From Macrostomum lignano (Eukaryota), in assembly GCA_002269645.1 (NCBI GenBank), contig NIVC01000084.1, positions 744,001 through 808,000 on the forward strand: a stretch of DNA of 64,000 nt, read 5' to 3'. The position numbers and the translations under genes are program-made. Positions 1 to 12,112 of this stretch are shown here, piece by piece (position 1 is the first letter of the stretch; each line of letters starts with the position of its first letter). The notes under the pieces were generated by a model. The model was not told the DNA's origin. It saw nothing but the letters and a program-made list of their open reading frames with translations, and did no database searches.

Positions 1-434
1 TGTCACGATTGATTCACAATATGCCCTGTTACATAACCTATATATATATAAATGTGTATGTAAGCATGGATTATATATGAAATATACTCGCTAATTAGAA
101 TATTCGGATCATAAAACTTGTGTGTTAAAAAACACTGGCTCCTTTGTTTTGTTTTCGTTTTATTTTAATGCCAGATAGACAACCCAGTGCATGGCTGCGG
201 GCCAGAGGAGGGGAGAAAGGAGAATAGAGAATGGATAGGAGAAAAGGGAACTGAGAAGAGACACAAACATGGAGTAGTTTGCTATTGTGAAGTTTCAAAG
301 GATAGAGAGACTCGCGGGCCGGAGTTTTCCGACCCCTGCTTTAGTGCATAATTTGGTCCAAGCGCTACGAGCGTACCAACCAACGCGACGTATGTGTATG
401 CTCGCATTTATTAGTTTTTTATTCATTATTATGC

Positions 435-3400
435 ATGTCGAGCAAGCCGGACAAAGACAAGTCTTCGCGTCGCGAATCGCGCATCGGCGATTCGTCGTCA
501 CCCACCAATCCACGATCGTCATCTCATCATCGCCACCATCACCAGCGTCATGAGGAGCGTCAGACTAAAGTTAAAGACGATTTGAAAACAAAGAAATCAA
601 CTGGTAAGGATCGATCCTTGTCGCCAACGGCGCCGCGTCCTACTCTAGACGCTGACGACGACAGATCAAGGCCGCGGGAGAAGCGGCGCAGAACTGACGG
701 CGGCGGCGTAAGCGGTAGCGGCGATATTAAAAAGTCGAAAAATTCCAAAGTCGAACACCCGTCGCCTTCGGAAAGAAAGAAGAAAAAGAAAAAGTCAAGT
801 CACAAGAAATCCGCCAAGAAAGCGAAGCGATCTAAGAGCGACGAGAAAAAAGATCGCAAACGGCGTGTTGAAAAAGATCAATCAGTTGTAGAGGACGGAG
901 ATAGCAGCGATAGCGATGAAGATGAGCTGGAGCCGCCTCAGGATGAGTTGATGCTGGTTGATCCAGAATGGGAGTCGCTCAACGCTCAGAACTATGCCGA
1001 TGACTTGCAGCATTTGCAAGCCACTGAGCCAAATAGTAAAAACCAGCTGCAAGCTGATGAACTGCCTAAAAGCAGTGAACTCGATGCAATTCCTGTTAAA
1101 AGCGTTAGTCAACCTGAACCTGAGACGCTTAATAGCCACCAGCTGTCAGGTACAGTTGCAATTTCATCCGAAGACTGTGTCGAAGAAATAGGTTCTGAAA
1201 CTCTCAATCTAGTTGAGCTCAAATGTACGAACAGTAAACAGGTAGACAGCCAACGTAACGATAAAGATCAAAGCAAAGACAAGAACAGTAGAAAAGTCGA
1301 GTCTAGAAGTCGTGAACAAGATGAACGCGCAGACAAGAGCAGTGAAAAAGTGGACAGTCAAAGTGATGATCGCGGTAAGCACAGTGATAAAATCAGTAAA
1401 CAAAAGGACTCTCATAGTAAGCACAAAGAGAAAGGCAATGACCAGGAGGACCTCGAGTTTGATCTTGCTAAACACAAGGATAACAAAGGCGGAAGAATGG
1501 AAATCGAAAGTCGCGATCGCAAAGACAAGAGCAGCCACAAGGTGGACACCCATAGTCGCGATCGCAAAGACAAGAGCAGCGATAATGTAGACAATCAAAG
1601 TCGCGATCGCAAAGACAAAAGCGGCGATAAAGGGGACACCCGAAGTCACGATCGCAAAGACAAGAATAGCGATAAGGTCGACACCCAAATTCGCGATCGC
1701 AAAGACAAGAGTGGCGATAAAGGGGACACCCGAAGTCACGATCGCAAAGACAAGAATAGCGATAAGGTGGACACCCAAAGTCGCGATCGCAAAGACAAGA
1801 ATAGCGATAAGGTCGACACCCAAATTCGCGATCGCAAAGACAAGAATAGCGATAAGGTGGACACCCAAAGTCGCGATCGCAAAGACAAGAATAGCGATAA
1901 GGTGGACACCCAAAGTCGCGATCGCAAAGACAAGAATAGCGATAAGGTGGACACCCAAAGTCGCGATCGCAAAGACAAGAATAGCGATAAGGTCGATACC
2001 CAAATTCGCGATCGCAAAGACAAGAGCGGCGATAAAGGGGACACCCGAAGTCACGATCGCAAAGACAAGAATAGCGATAAGGTGGACACCCATAGTCGCA
2101 ATCACAAAGACAAGAGCAGCAATAAGGTAGACACCAAAAGTCGCGATCGCAAAGACAAGAATAGCGATAAGGTGGAAACCAAAAGTCGCGATCGCAAAGA
2201 CAAGAATAGCGATAAGGTGGACACCCATAGTCGCGATCGCAAAGACAAGAGCAGCGATAATGTAGACAATCAAAGCAAAGATCAAACTGAACGAAAAAAG
2301 AAAGAAACTGAGCAAGTGAACGTTGAAAGCCAGAATCATGATGAACAAAGGTCTAGAAACAGTGAGCATGTCTATACTCGAAGTTGTGAACACGAAGACA
2401 AGAAAATCAAGCCGAATGACACCCAAAGTGAAAAGGAGTGGCCAGAATGTCTACAGAAAAACCGGGAACAAGTTAAAGATCAAAGTACGCGCCGAGAGGT
2501 GAAGCTTGAGCCGAACGAAGCGGAGGATCGAATGGATAATTACGATGCAACGAATCTGGAACAGATTGCCATGTACAGAGGCAATGAAGCAGGACCTCAA
2601 GACATCAACCATAAACAGTTTGTTGAAACTTGTCATGACATCGAAGATCAAGACAAAGTTAATAGTGTCGACCGCCAAGATGTCAAAGAATCTAAAGAAA
2701 ACTGTCAAGGTGATGAAAGCCACGATCGATTAGCTATTCGAGCAGAGAATCAAGGTCGGGGCTTAAACCATGATCAAAGTCCGGATCACAGTCCTGATCA
2801 TGGTCATAATCGAAGTCAGGACGTTATTCTAAACACTAGTCGGAACCGTGATCGTGATCGAAGTCTGGACCGTGAACGTGATCGAAGTCGGAACCGTGAT
2901 CGTGATCGGAGTCGGGACCGTGAACGTGATCGAAGTCGGGACCGTGAACGTGACCGAAGTCAGGATCGTGATAGAACTCAAAATCGAAGTCGGGACCGTG
3001 AACGTGACCGAAGTCAGGATCGTGATAGAACTCAAAATCGAAGTCTAGATCGGGACCGGGATCGAAGTCGCAACCGAAGTCGAGATCGAAGTCGCAACCG
3101 AAGTCGAGATCGAAGTCGCAACCGAAGTCGCAACCGAAGTCGCAACCGAAGTCGCAACCGAAGTCGGAACCGAAGTCGGAACCGAAGTCGGAACCGAAGT
3201 CGAGATCGAAGTCGGAACCGAAGTCGGGATCGAAGTCGGGATCGAAGTCGCAACCGAAGTCGGGATCGAAGTCGCAACCGAAGTCGGGATCGAAGTCGCA
3301 ACCGAAGTCGGGATCGAAGTCGCAACCGAAGTCGGAACCGAAGTCGAGATCGAAGTCGGAACCGAAGTCGGGATCGAAGTCGGAACCGAAGTCGGGATCG

Positions 3401-3625
3401 AAGTCGGAACCGAAGTCGAGAGCGCAGCCGAATCAGGGACTCCAAGCACCGCAGGAAAGTGTCTGAAAGCTCGTCAACTGCAACGTCCAGCGCCCGTCGG
3501 GCACACCAAGCCATCGCCGCTGAAGCCGACGGCCAGAGCAGGCGGCGTCGGAGGCTGCTGCTACAGAGCGGCAGCAGCTCAGTTAGCGATTTGAGCCGGG
3601 ATGGCAGCGACGGAAGCGATAGCGG
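435..3625 (+). CDS. RS-like protein exon 1
   Basis: Long ORF with non-repetitive parts; GTAAGT donor at 3626. Confidence 0.75.
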
Positions 3626-5062
3626 GTAAGTCTCCGGCTCAGGGATACTCAGTAAAGATAGCCTCACTCTCTTGCCCGTGAGCACTAATCTTGAGACACG
3701 TGCATCCAAACATAGCATCAAATCCCCTTAATACCTCAAAACACAAATCTCACTACTCCTTTAAACTGTAATCTCACCTCTCAAATACCAATCTGACCCT
3801 TCAAATATCAATCTCAGCTCTTTAAACATCAATCTCCACTTCAAATATCAATCTCCCCTTCATAAACCATTCTCACCCCTTCAAACACCAGTCTCACCCC
3901 TTCATGCAAACACAAATCTCACCCTTTCGAACACTAATCTCACCTCTTCAAACACCAATCTCACCCCTTCAAACACCAATCTCACCCTTTCAAACACCAA
4001 TCTCACCCTTTCAAACTCTAATCTCACCCCTTCAAACACCAATCTCACCCTTTCAAACACCAATCTCACCCTTTCAAACTCCAATCTCACCCCTTCAAAC
4101 ACCGATCTCACCCTTTCAAACTCCAATCTCACCCTTTCAAACTCCGATCTCACCCCTTCAAACACCGATCTCACCCTTTCAAACTCCAATCTCACCCTTT
4201 CAAACTCCAATCTCACCCCTTCAAACACCAATCTCACCCTTTCAAACTCCAATCTCACCCCTTCAAACACCGATCTCACCCTTTCAAACTCCAATCTCAC
4301 CCTTTCAAACTCCGATCTCACCCCTTCAAACACCGATCTCACCCTTTCAAACTCCAATCTCACCCTTTCAAACTCCGATCTCACCCCTTCGCAATCCGCA
4401 GCGACAGCTTGGACCGTCACTCCGCCGCCAATGGTAGCAGCGACGCGTGGCTCCTCGACCGTCTGGTTCGCCGAATTCTGCCGCAACCAGACGCCGCTGC
4501 TGTCATCAAACGTCGACGCCGTCAAATCGACAGTCGCGCCGTCCAGCCGCCTTTGCCGCCTCCGTCGTCACTGGACGAAGAGTATCGTCTGGCGCCTCAG
4601 CGTTACGCCATGCCTGGCATCGAAGAGACCCTTCTAGCCGACGCCGTCCCGGTGTCCGACGTCGAAACTTCGCCGCTGCCAATGTCGCCTTTGAATGTCG
4701 ACGATGCCGATGATACAGTCAAAGATTCCAGCTGGTCGCCGCGACACCCGCGGCATCAGAGCGCGCTGCGTTGTCTTGGCGTCGATTGGCACCTACTGGC
4801 CCCGTCGCCTCCGCCGACGCCGCCCGACTGTCAACAAGTCAAACAGCGTCCAGACGAGCTGATTCGACGTCTCGGCGTCTCTCGCCGATTCGCCGGCGAC
4901 GAATTGTTCGGCTTAATCGACGGTCGAATTGAAGAATCGTTGACGCCTTGGCAGCGTCGTAGCGAGCTGTCGCTGGCCAACGGGTTGTCCCAGCTGCTGA
5001 CCAGCGGCTGCGCCCTGAGCGCTAGGCGCGATCTCGGCATAAGAAGATTTCTGGCCTCTTAG
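435..5062 (+). CDS. Orphan low-complexity Lys/Arg/Ser/Asp-rich (RS/RD-like) protein, join(435..3625,4402..5062)
   Basis: 1064-codon ORF ends at GG|GTAAGT (donor 3626). Acceptor CCGCAG|C at 4401 restores the frame of the 4409..5062 ORF (phase-2 intron). Contains basic NLS-like tracts, 17 x 15-aa repeats and a long SRDR/SRNR tract; no globular domain recognised. Confidence 0.75.
1509..2273 (+). repeat. Coding minisatellite, 17 x 45 bp (SRDRKDKNSDKVDTQ)
   Basis: Units counted in the translated ORF. Confidence 0.95.
2836..3432 (+). repeat. Coding 12/24-bp repeats encoding (RSRD/RSRN/RERD)n
   Basis: cgaagtcgcaac / cgaagtcgggat units in frame. Confidence 0.95.
3760..4390. repeat. Intronic minisatellite, 21-bp unit (caaacaccaatctcacccctt), ending about 10 nt before the acceptor
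   Basis: Tandem units visible; degenerate at the 5' end. Confidence 0.95.
4402..5062 (+). CDS. RS-like protein exon 2 (terminal)
   Basis: CAG acceptor at 4399-4401, frame-compatible with exon 1; GC-rich coding-like composition; TAG stop at 5060-5062. Confidence 0.65.
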
Positions 5063-5279
5063 ATGGATTCATTAAATCAATTAAACTGAGAAATTTTTCC
5101 GTTTGCATTTTCTGTTCATATTGGTGTGCCCGGTTCGGTTCCCTGGCCAAGCGCTTTTTTGGTTTCAGTTGGGACAAGCGTTTCTTCTGCACCAGAGACG
5201 GTAGAGTCCCGCGCTAAGCCTCTCTATCCTGCCCTAGGGTCTTTTGAAATCTTTTATCATGGCAATCCCGCTTCTCTGA

Positions 5280-5555
5280 TCTCTCTCACTTCTCTCCTCT
5301 CCCCTCTCTCTGTCTCTCCTCCCCACTCTCCTCTCTTCGTCTCCTCTCTCCTGTCCACCTCCCTTCTCCTCCTCTCCTCTCTCCTCTCCCCTCTCCTCTC
5401 CTACTCTCCTCTCCTCCTCTCCACCTCCCTTCTCCTCCCTCTCTCCCTACTCTCCCTTCTCCCCTCTCCCTCCCCCCTTTCCCCTCTCTCCTCTCTCCTC
5501 TCCTCTCTCCACTCTCTCCTTTCCCCTGTCTCCATCTCCTCTCCTGTCTCTCTCG
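5280..5555. repeat. CT-rich low-complexity tract
   Basis: Almost pure pyrimidine run. Confidence 0.9.
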
Positions 5556-5834
5556 AAGAAAGAAGTGTTGCAAGAATCACTTTAGCAACCTTGGTTCCGT
5601 GCCAATATTCGGTATGCTGTAATAAATGCCTTAGCTACTACTTGTTACTGCTAATAATTAAAATGTTAATTATATAGTCACTGGCCGTGCCCTCCGCGTC
5701 CCCAGGTTAGTTGTAAAACATTTTTGACTGTTTATATTTAGCCCGCGACTTGCTTGTGGCTGGCGCATTTTTTCTATCTTCTGCTAATCACGTTTCACCA
5801 TGCTGCAGCTTTTATGGTAATGTCCGCGAAATAG

Positions 5835-7050
5835 CGCCCCAATGTCCACTCCGCTGTCACCCCATTGTCCACTGCCACTGTCACCCCATTTCCACTGCCA
5901 CTGTCACTCCACTGTCACCCCAGTGTCCACTGTCACTCCGCTGTCACCCACTGTCCACTGTCACTCCGCTGTCACCCCACTGTCCACTGTCACTCCGCTG
6001 TCACCCCAATGTGCACTACCACTGTCACTCCACTGTCACTCCACTGTCACCCCGATTTCCACTACCACTGTCACTCCACTGTCACCCCGATGTGCACTAC
6101 CACTGTCACTGGACTGTCACCCCGATGTCCGCTACCACTGTCACCCTGATGTCCACTACCACTGTCACCCTGATGTCCACTACCACTGTCACCCCGATGT
6201 CCACTACCACTGTCACCCCGATGTCCGCTACCACTGTCACCCCGATGTCCACTACCACTGTCACCCTGATGTCCACTACCACTGTCACCCTGATGTCCAC
6301 TACCACTGTCACCCCGATGTCCACTACCACTGTCACCCCGATGTCCGCTACCACTGTCACCCTGATGTCCACTACCACTGTCACTCCACTGTCACCCCGA
6401 TGTGCACTACCACTGTCACTGGACTGTCACCCCGATGTCCGCTACCACTGTCACCCTGATGTCCACTACCACTGTCACCCCGATGTCCGCTACCACTGTC
6501 ACTGGACTGTCACCCCGATGTCCGCTACCACTGTCACCCTGATGTCCACTACCACTGTCACCCCGATGTCCGCTACCACTGTCACCCTGATGTCCACTAC
6601 CACTGTCACTCCACTGTCACCCCGATGTGCACTACCACTGTCACTGGACTGTCACCCCGATGTCCGCTACCACTGTCACCCTGATGTCCACTACCACTGT
6701 CACCCCGATGTCCGCTACCACTGTCACCCTGATGTCCACTACCACTGTCACTCCACTGTCACCCCGATGTGCACTACCACTGTCACTGGACTGTCACCCC
6801 GATGTCCGCTACCACTGTCACCCTGATGTCCACTACCACTGTCACCCTGATGTCCACTACCACTGTCACCCTGATGTCCACTACCACTGTCACCCCGATG
6901 TCCACTACCACTGTCACCCTGATGTCCACTACCACTGTTACTCTACTGTCACCCCAATGTCCACTACCACTGTCACCCCAATGTCCACTACCACTGTCAC
7001 TCCGATTTCCACTACCACTGTCACCCTGATGTCCACTACCACTGTCACCC
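5835..7050. repeat. Minisatellite, 24-bp unit (cactgtcaccccgatgtccactac) with shorter variants
   Basis: Tandem units visible. Confidence 0.95.
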
Positions 7051-7514
7051 AAGTTTGGTTCCTATTGTCATTGCCATTTTCGCTGTCAGTTACTCGCCAA
7101 CTAGCTTAGAAGTCGGAGCTGATGACTTGTAATTGAAACATTCAAGAGCAGGTTAAACTGGCTTAAATGCCTATTTTTATGTTTAAATTGTGAGTTTTGT
7201 TTAATATGGAATTTCTATTCGTATATATGCGTAATATTATTTTGTAGTAATCATTTATTAATAACCATTTGTTTTGCTTGTTTGTGTGTGTACTTGTTTA
7301 CTTGTTTAATAGTGATGATTCTGCGGCACTATTGTTTGTATAAAAATAGTAAATTCCGTATAAATATTCAACTAAAATAAATTGCAATGTCTTCAATAAG
7401 CAACAGTCCATAGACTTCCCAAATCTATAATTGCACAATTGAAACACGTCTTTATAGAAAATCTCTTCTATTTGATTTCAATGTCAAAATGGATTTATAA
7501 TCTAAAGCCAAAAT

Positions 7515-8055
7515 GGACTAAGGAATAGAATGGATTGCTAATCTACATCTACTATGGAATAAGGAATGGAATGGATTGCTAATCTACATGTACTATGGAT
7601 TAAGGAATAGAATGGATTGCTAATCTACATCTACTATGGATTAAGGAATAGAATGGATTGCTAATCTACATCTACTATGGATTAAGGAATAGAATGGATT
7701 GCTAATCTACATGTACTATGGATTAAGGAATAGAATGGATTGCTAATCTACATGTACTATGGATTAAGGAATAGAATGGATTGCTGATCTATAGCTACTT
7801 TGGATTAAGGAATAGAATGGATTGCTAATCTACATGTACTATGGATTAAGGAATATAATGGATTGCTAATCTACATGTACTATGGATTAAGGAATAGAAT
7901 GGATTGCTAATCTACATGTACTATGGATTAAGGAATAGAATGGATTGCTAATCTACATGTACTATGGATTAAGGAATAGAATGGATTGCTAATCTACATC
8001 TACTATGGATTAAGGAATAGAATGGATTGCTGATCTATAGCTACTTTGGATTAAC
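7515..8055. repeat. Minisatellite, 41-bp unit (ggattaaggaatagaatggattgctaatctacatgtactat)
   Basis: Tandem units visible. Confidence 0.95.
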
Positions 8056-8290
8056 GAATGAAATGCTTTAAATAAAATCTTAGTAACTGCTCGTATTTAT
8101 TCATAATGGTGGCGCTGTTCGAGCCGGTGGATAATTTTAACAGCTTAGCTGATTGACAGCTCATCAAAGAGGCGCCGTTCAAGTGAAGTGGCCAACTGGT
8201 ACTGAATGACTGGCTAATGTTTCCAGCCCATAAGGAATTGGTTTGGAACTGAAGACGCTGCGGCTCTTAGGGAAGAAGAGAGCAGCTATC

Positions 8291-8425
<135 letters not shown>

Positions 8426-8809
8426 TATTCCCTGGATCCTACAAGCAGAAGACACAGCCCAGCCCTCTGCCCGCTTCCAGCTTACATATATAATAGCTAA
8501 TTTCCATTTGACTTTCTCGGGATTTCAGCTCTTCAACTAAGCAGTCAGTCAGTTCGGTTTAGCCATGTCTTGATATCGCGGTTGAAGCAAAAAGAAGTTG
8601 GGAAATTAATGGCCTCTACATATAGCTGGGCCTGCAGCTGCGACGCTAATGGGCCTTGCTAATGTGCGTCTCTATCTATCTAGATCTTGTGTGTCAGCGC
8701 GGGCTTGGGTGGCCTTAAATATCAACTGCCTTGACGATTTAACCTCTGGATTTTGACACTTAACTGACATCCCAGTGTGTTTGTTAGCATAGCACTGCTA
8801 TCACTGCAT

Positions 8810-9066
8810 AGTCCCTGACATGAATAATTAAAGTCCCTGAGATGAATAATAATAGTCCCTGACATGAAAACTCATAGTCCTGACATGAAAACTCATAGTC
8901 CCTGACATGAAAAGTCCTAGTCCAGGACATGAAAATTCGCAGTCCCTGACATGAAAATCGTAGTCCCTGAAATGAAAACTCATAGTCCCTGACATGAAAA
9001 ATCATAGTCCCTGACATGAAAACTCATAGTCCCTGACATGAAAAATCATAGTCCAGGACATGAAAA
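8810..9066. repeat. Minisatellite, 22-bp unit (atgaaaactcatagtccctgac)
   Basis: Tandem units visible. Confidence 0.9.
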
Positions 9067-9778
9067 ACGTTTTACTGTAGTATAATACTCGTATAGGACG
9101 CAAAAGTCAAAAGATAATGCAATTTTTTAGGAGGCCGATTTCCTGGACAAAAAGTGCAGTACGGAGATAGGAGAGGATAAGAAGGGAAATACACTTGATT
9201 CAAGAAGCAACAAAACAATAAATTTCAAGTAATTATGGTAATTAGGGATTCACACTGTCCCAGTTCAAATGCAATGATTCATTTTGTGATGAAAAATGAT
9301 TTTCCCCATCTCCGCAGTGTATTTTCACTGGTTTAATACATTGGTCCTAGTATTACAGCTGGGGAAAGGGGAATGAAAATTAAATTATTCCCAGAAATAT
9401 CCGCCCTAAACAACACAGCCAAGTATAATATAACACTGCTGCTGTGAGGCAGAATGTCTGTCCATCTTCGAATTTTTATCCTCACTTACCCCAGCCGATC
9501 CAACCCATCCCGGATGGAGCACAATTTTCTAGCTGGCTTGGCTGGCTAAGTCTGGCTTGAATTGCGATGCCGCCAAATTCCGCAGCTCCGCACACAGCTG
9601 TTGCCGATATTCTACTGGCGGCCTCAATTACTTGCGCGATGCGAAATTGGCCGCGGGACTTGGGAGGACATCGCCAACCCGCCTCCCACTCTCTCGATAG
9701 CGGATGATTAGCCTGATGGGAGGCTGGGATATTGTTGGAGCTGATGCCATGGAGTAATGAGTGTAAACAGGGCTGTCT

Positions 9779-10021
9779 GTCTGGCGCCCCTGGTGCTGGC
9801 GCCCCTGGTGCTGGCGCCCCTGGTGCTGGCGCCCCTGGTGCTGGCGCCCCTGGTGCTGGCGCCCCTGGTGCTGGCGCCCCTGGTGCTGGCGCCCCTGGTG
9901 CTGGCGCCCCTGGTGCTGGCGCCCCTGGTGCTGGCGCCCCTGGTGCTGGCGCCCCTGGTGCTGGCGCCCCTGGTGCTGGCGCCCCTGGTGCTGGCGCCCC
10001 TGGTGCTATCTACCCTTCTAA

Positions 10022-10063
<42 letters not shown>
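9779..10063. repeat. Near-perfect 15-bp repeat (ctggcgcccctggtg)n followed by (ATCT)n
   Basis: About 15 identical units, then a tetranucleotide run at 10020-10063. Confidence 0.95.
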
Positions 10064-10065
<2 letters not shown>

Positions 10066-10939
10066 AGCGGCCGTCTAGAATGCTGACCCCTACTGTATCG
10101 CAGCCGAGTTCGTGTCCCATGCCTCGAACCGAACCTCGCACAGCACGCAAAGCCTGCTCTCCGGCATGCGCCGCAAAACCCCAGTTCGAGTCAGTGCTGA
10201 TAGCTTCATAAACAATTTATCGGGTCCTAAAACGCTGCCACGATAGCGGAGCCTTGGCAAGGGGATTCTCCCACTGCTCTATCAGGGGAGCTGGGCAGCT
10301 GGGGGGAGAAAAATCCGAACTGAATTCTGGCCAACAGCCGGCTATCGTAGGCTGCAGGCTCAGATTCGCGAATTTCTGGCAACAGATGTGCAGCGTCTAG
10401 TGGTACACGATCTGCTCCAGTCAGCGACTTTTCTGCGTCGTACTCGGTATATGTATGTCGGCCTGCTATAGATTTTTTTATTTGGTGCTTTTTAGCACTG
10501 CCAGCTCTCACAGGGCACTATAAAGTTTAAATGTTTGCAGAATAGCTCCTATCAGTAAGGGCCCTCCTAGTATGCAGACTATTTAATTGCCAATGGCAAA
10601 ATTCTCTGACTTTAAACTCTCAGTTGATGCGTCAGGACACATGGTGTGACACAAATAAACCCAGCTATCCCATAAACATCTGCCTGATGTTATGCCGGCT
10701 AGTTCTCTCAAGCATTTCCAGCGCTCCGACTTTGTTCGCTTGGTCGGCTGTGCCTGATTGGCTGGGCGTTGGTTCGGTCGAGTTGCTCTTTCTCCCTCTA
10801 AGACCCGTTAAAGATTCAGACCAGAACTGTACCAGTACATCAAGAACGAAGCATCCGTATTAGTAGCCAGGCTTTTTGTAAATGCGCACCGCTTTTTCTG
10901 GAAAGAAACGCAGAAAATTTGGTTTCTATCAACCACGAA

Positions 10940-12112
10940 ATGGGCCGCAGATGGTCGCGTTTGTCGCTAATGCTGACCTGCACAGCGGGCCTTGTCGTCT
11001 TCTACTGGATGCTGCAGTTGCGGCTAGCCAGCGTCGCGGTGTCTTGGAGGCTTGGAGTCGGCGGAGGCAGAAGCTTCTCCAGCAACCATTGCGTACCGTC
11101 GTGTGGCTCCATCATGCACCGCCTGATGCTCTACCTGACGGGCCGAGTTGACGCCCCCTCGCCGGGCATGCTGAGACGAGAGGATTGCGTCAACGACACG
11201 GAGACACTGCTCAAACTGCTTCGCATAGGCGACAGTCGAGAAAGTGAGAAGCAACTGAAAATTTCCGAGGGGCCCAACTACGTTAGACTGGCGGAGCCCG
11301 TCTTTCCCGTCGGTGTGTCGTTGGCTTGTCAGAATGCCCTGTTTTCAAATGCCGACGATGCATCCTTGACAGAGAAGGAATTCGGGACCGGCCTGACTGG
11401 TTGTTTCAATCAGTCGTATTCCGAAGCCGAACTGACGAAGATATACCATCTTCTAAACAGGCTCAATCAGAATTTCTCCCAACGAGGATTGGAGATTTTC
11501 CTCACGGACGGCAGTCTGATCGGGTCTGGGCGACACTTTGGCGTCATACCGTGGGACGACGACGTTGATTTCATGGTCCGCGAGGATCAAAAGTACGAAG
11601 TTCGCAAACTGCTAACCGAACTGTCCGAACTGGATGAGTTCCAATTCGTTGATACCGAACAGACTAATCAGCACTGGCGGCTGGACATTCTCTGTCACCG
11701 ACTTGACTCTTCGAATCCCAACAGCAAGCGCTGTCGCTTCTCCGTTGACTTGTTCTTTGGCAAGGTACTGGGCCAGTACTTCTCCCGGCCTGAGTGGCAG
11801 TTCAGCTTTGATCTGGCGGATGTCTATCCGCTAAGCCAGCGCCCATTCGGGCCGTACCTGTTTGCGGCGCCGAATAAACCGGACGAGTTCTTGACGAAGG
11901 GTTACAGCGATAATTACTACAGCAGCTGCCTGTTCGAGATTCACAGCGACAAGTTTCGTTGCGAACAGAAGGTGACTACGTGTGCCAGTCTGCGAAGGTT
12001 CTATCCGTTCGTGTCCCGCCTGCGGCTGCGGCTGCGCGATCGCAGACTGTTTGATGCCGACATTCTGACCTGGCAGTCGCGTCTTCACGCCATCTACATT
12101 ACTCGGCAGTGA
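10940..12112 (+). CDS. LicD / fukutin-FKRP family nucleotidyltransferase-fold protein, type II membrane, intronless (390 aa)
   Basis: First ATG at 10940; N-terminal hydrophobic anchor (LSLMLTCTAGLVVFYWML); LicD signature FLTDGSLIGSGRHFGVIPWDDDVDF; later VDLF and YPL...PFGP...AP...L...Y motifs typical of the family. Confidence 0.85.
   Translation: MGRRWSRLSLMLTCTAGLVVFYWMLQLRLASVAVSWRLGVGGGRSFSSNHCVPSCGSIMHRLMLYLTGRVDAPSPGMLRREDCVNDTETLLKLLRIGDSRESEKQLKISEGPNYVRLAEPVFPVGVSLACQNALFSNADDASLTEKEFGTGLTGCFNQSYSEAELTKIYHLLNRLNQNFSQRGLEIFLTDGSLIGSGRHFGVIPWDDDVDFMVREDQKYEVRKLLTELSELDEFQFVDTEQTNQHWRLDILCHRLDSSNPNSKRCRFSVDLFFGKVLGQYFSRPEWQFSFDLADVYPLSQRPFGPYLFAAPNKPDEFLTKGYSDNYYSSCLFEIHSDKFRCEQKVTTCASLRRFYPFVSRLRLRLRDRRLFDADILTWQSRLHAIYITRQ

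Noticed and set aside
1209-2426. 405-aa hydrophobic minus-strand ORF resembling a multi-TM protein
   Set aside because: It is the antisense shadow of the 45-bp coding repeat; repeat-derived periodicity explains the open frame.
5750-7109. His/Cys-rich or Thr-rich ORFs (metal-binding or mucin-like); similar ORFs at 62834-63760, 39492-39881 and 48730-49606
   Set aside because: They are translations of minisatellites or transposon TIR repeats with multiple overlapping open frames.
9500-10511. GC-rich stretch with short ORFs on both strands and a plus-strand GT(9754)...AG(10068) pair around the 15-mer array
   Set aside because: The upstream frame needed for an in-phase join contains a stop, and no recognisable domain is present.
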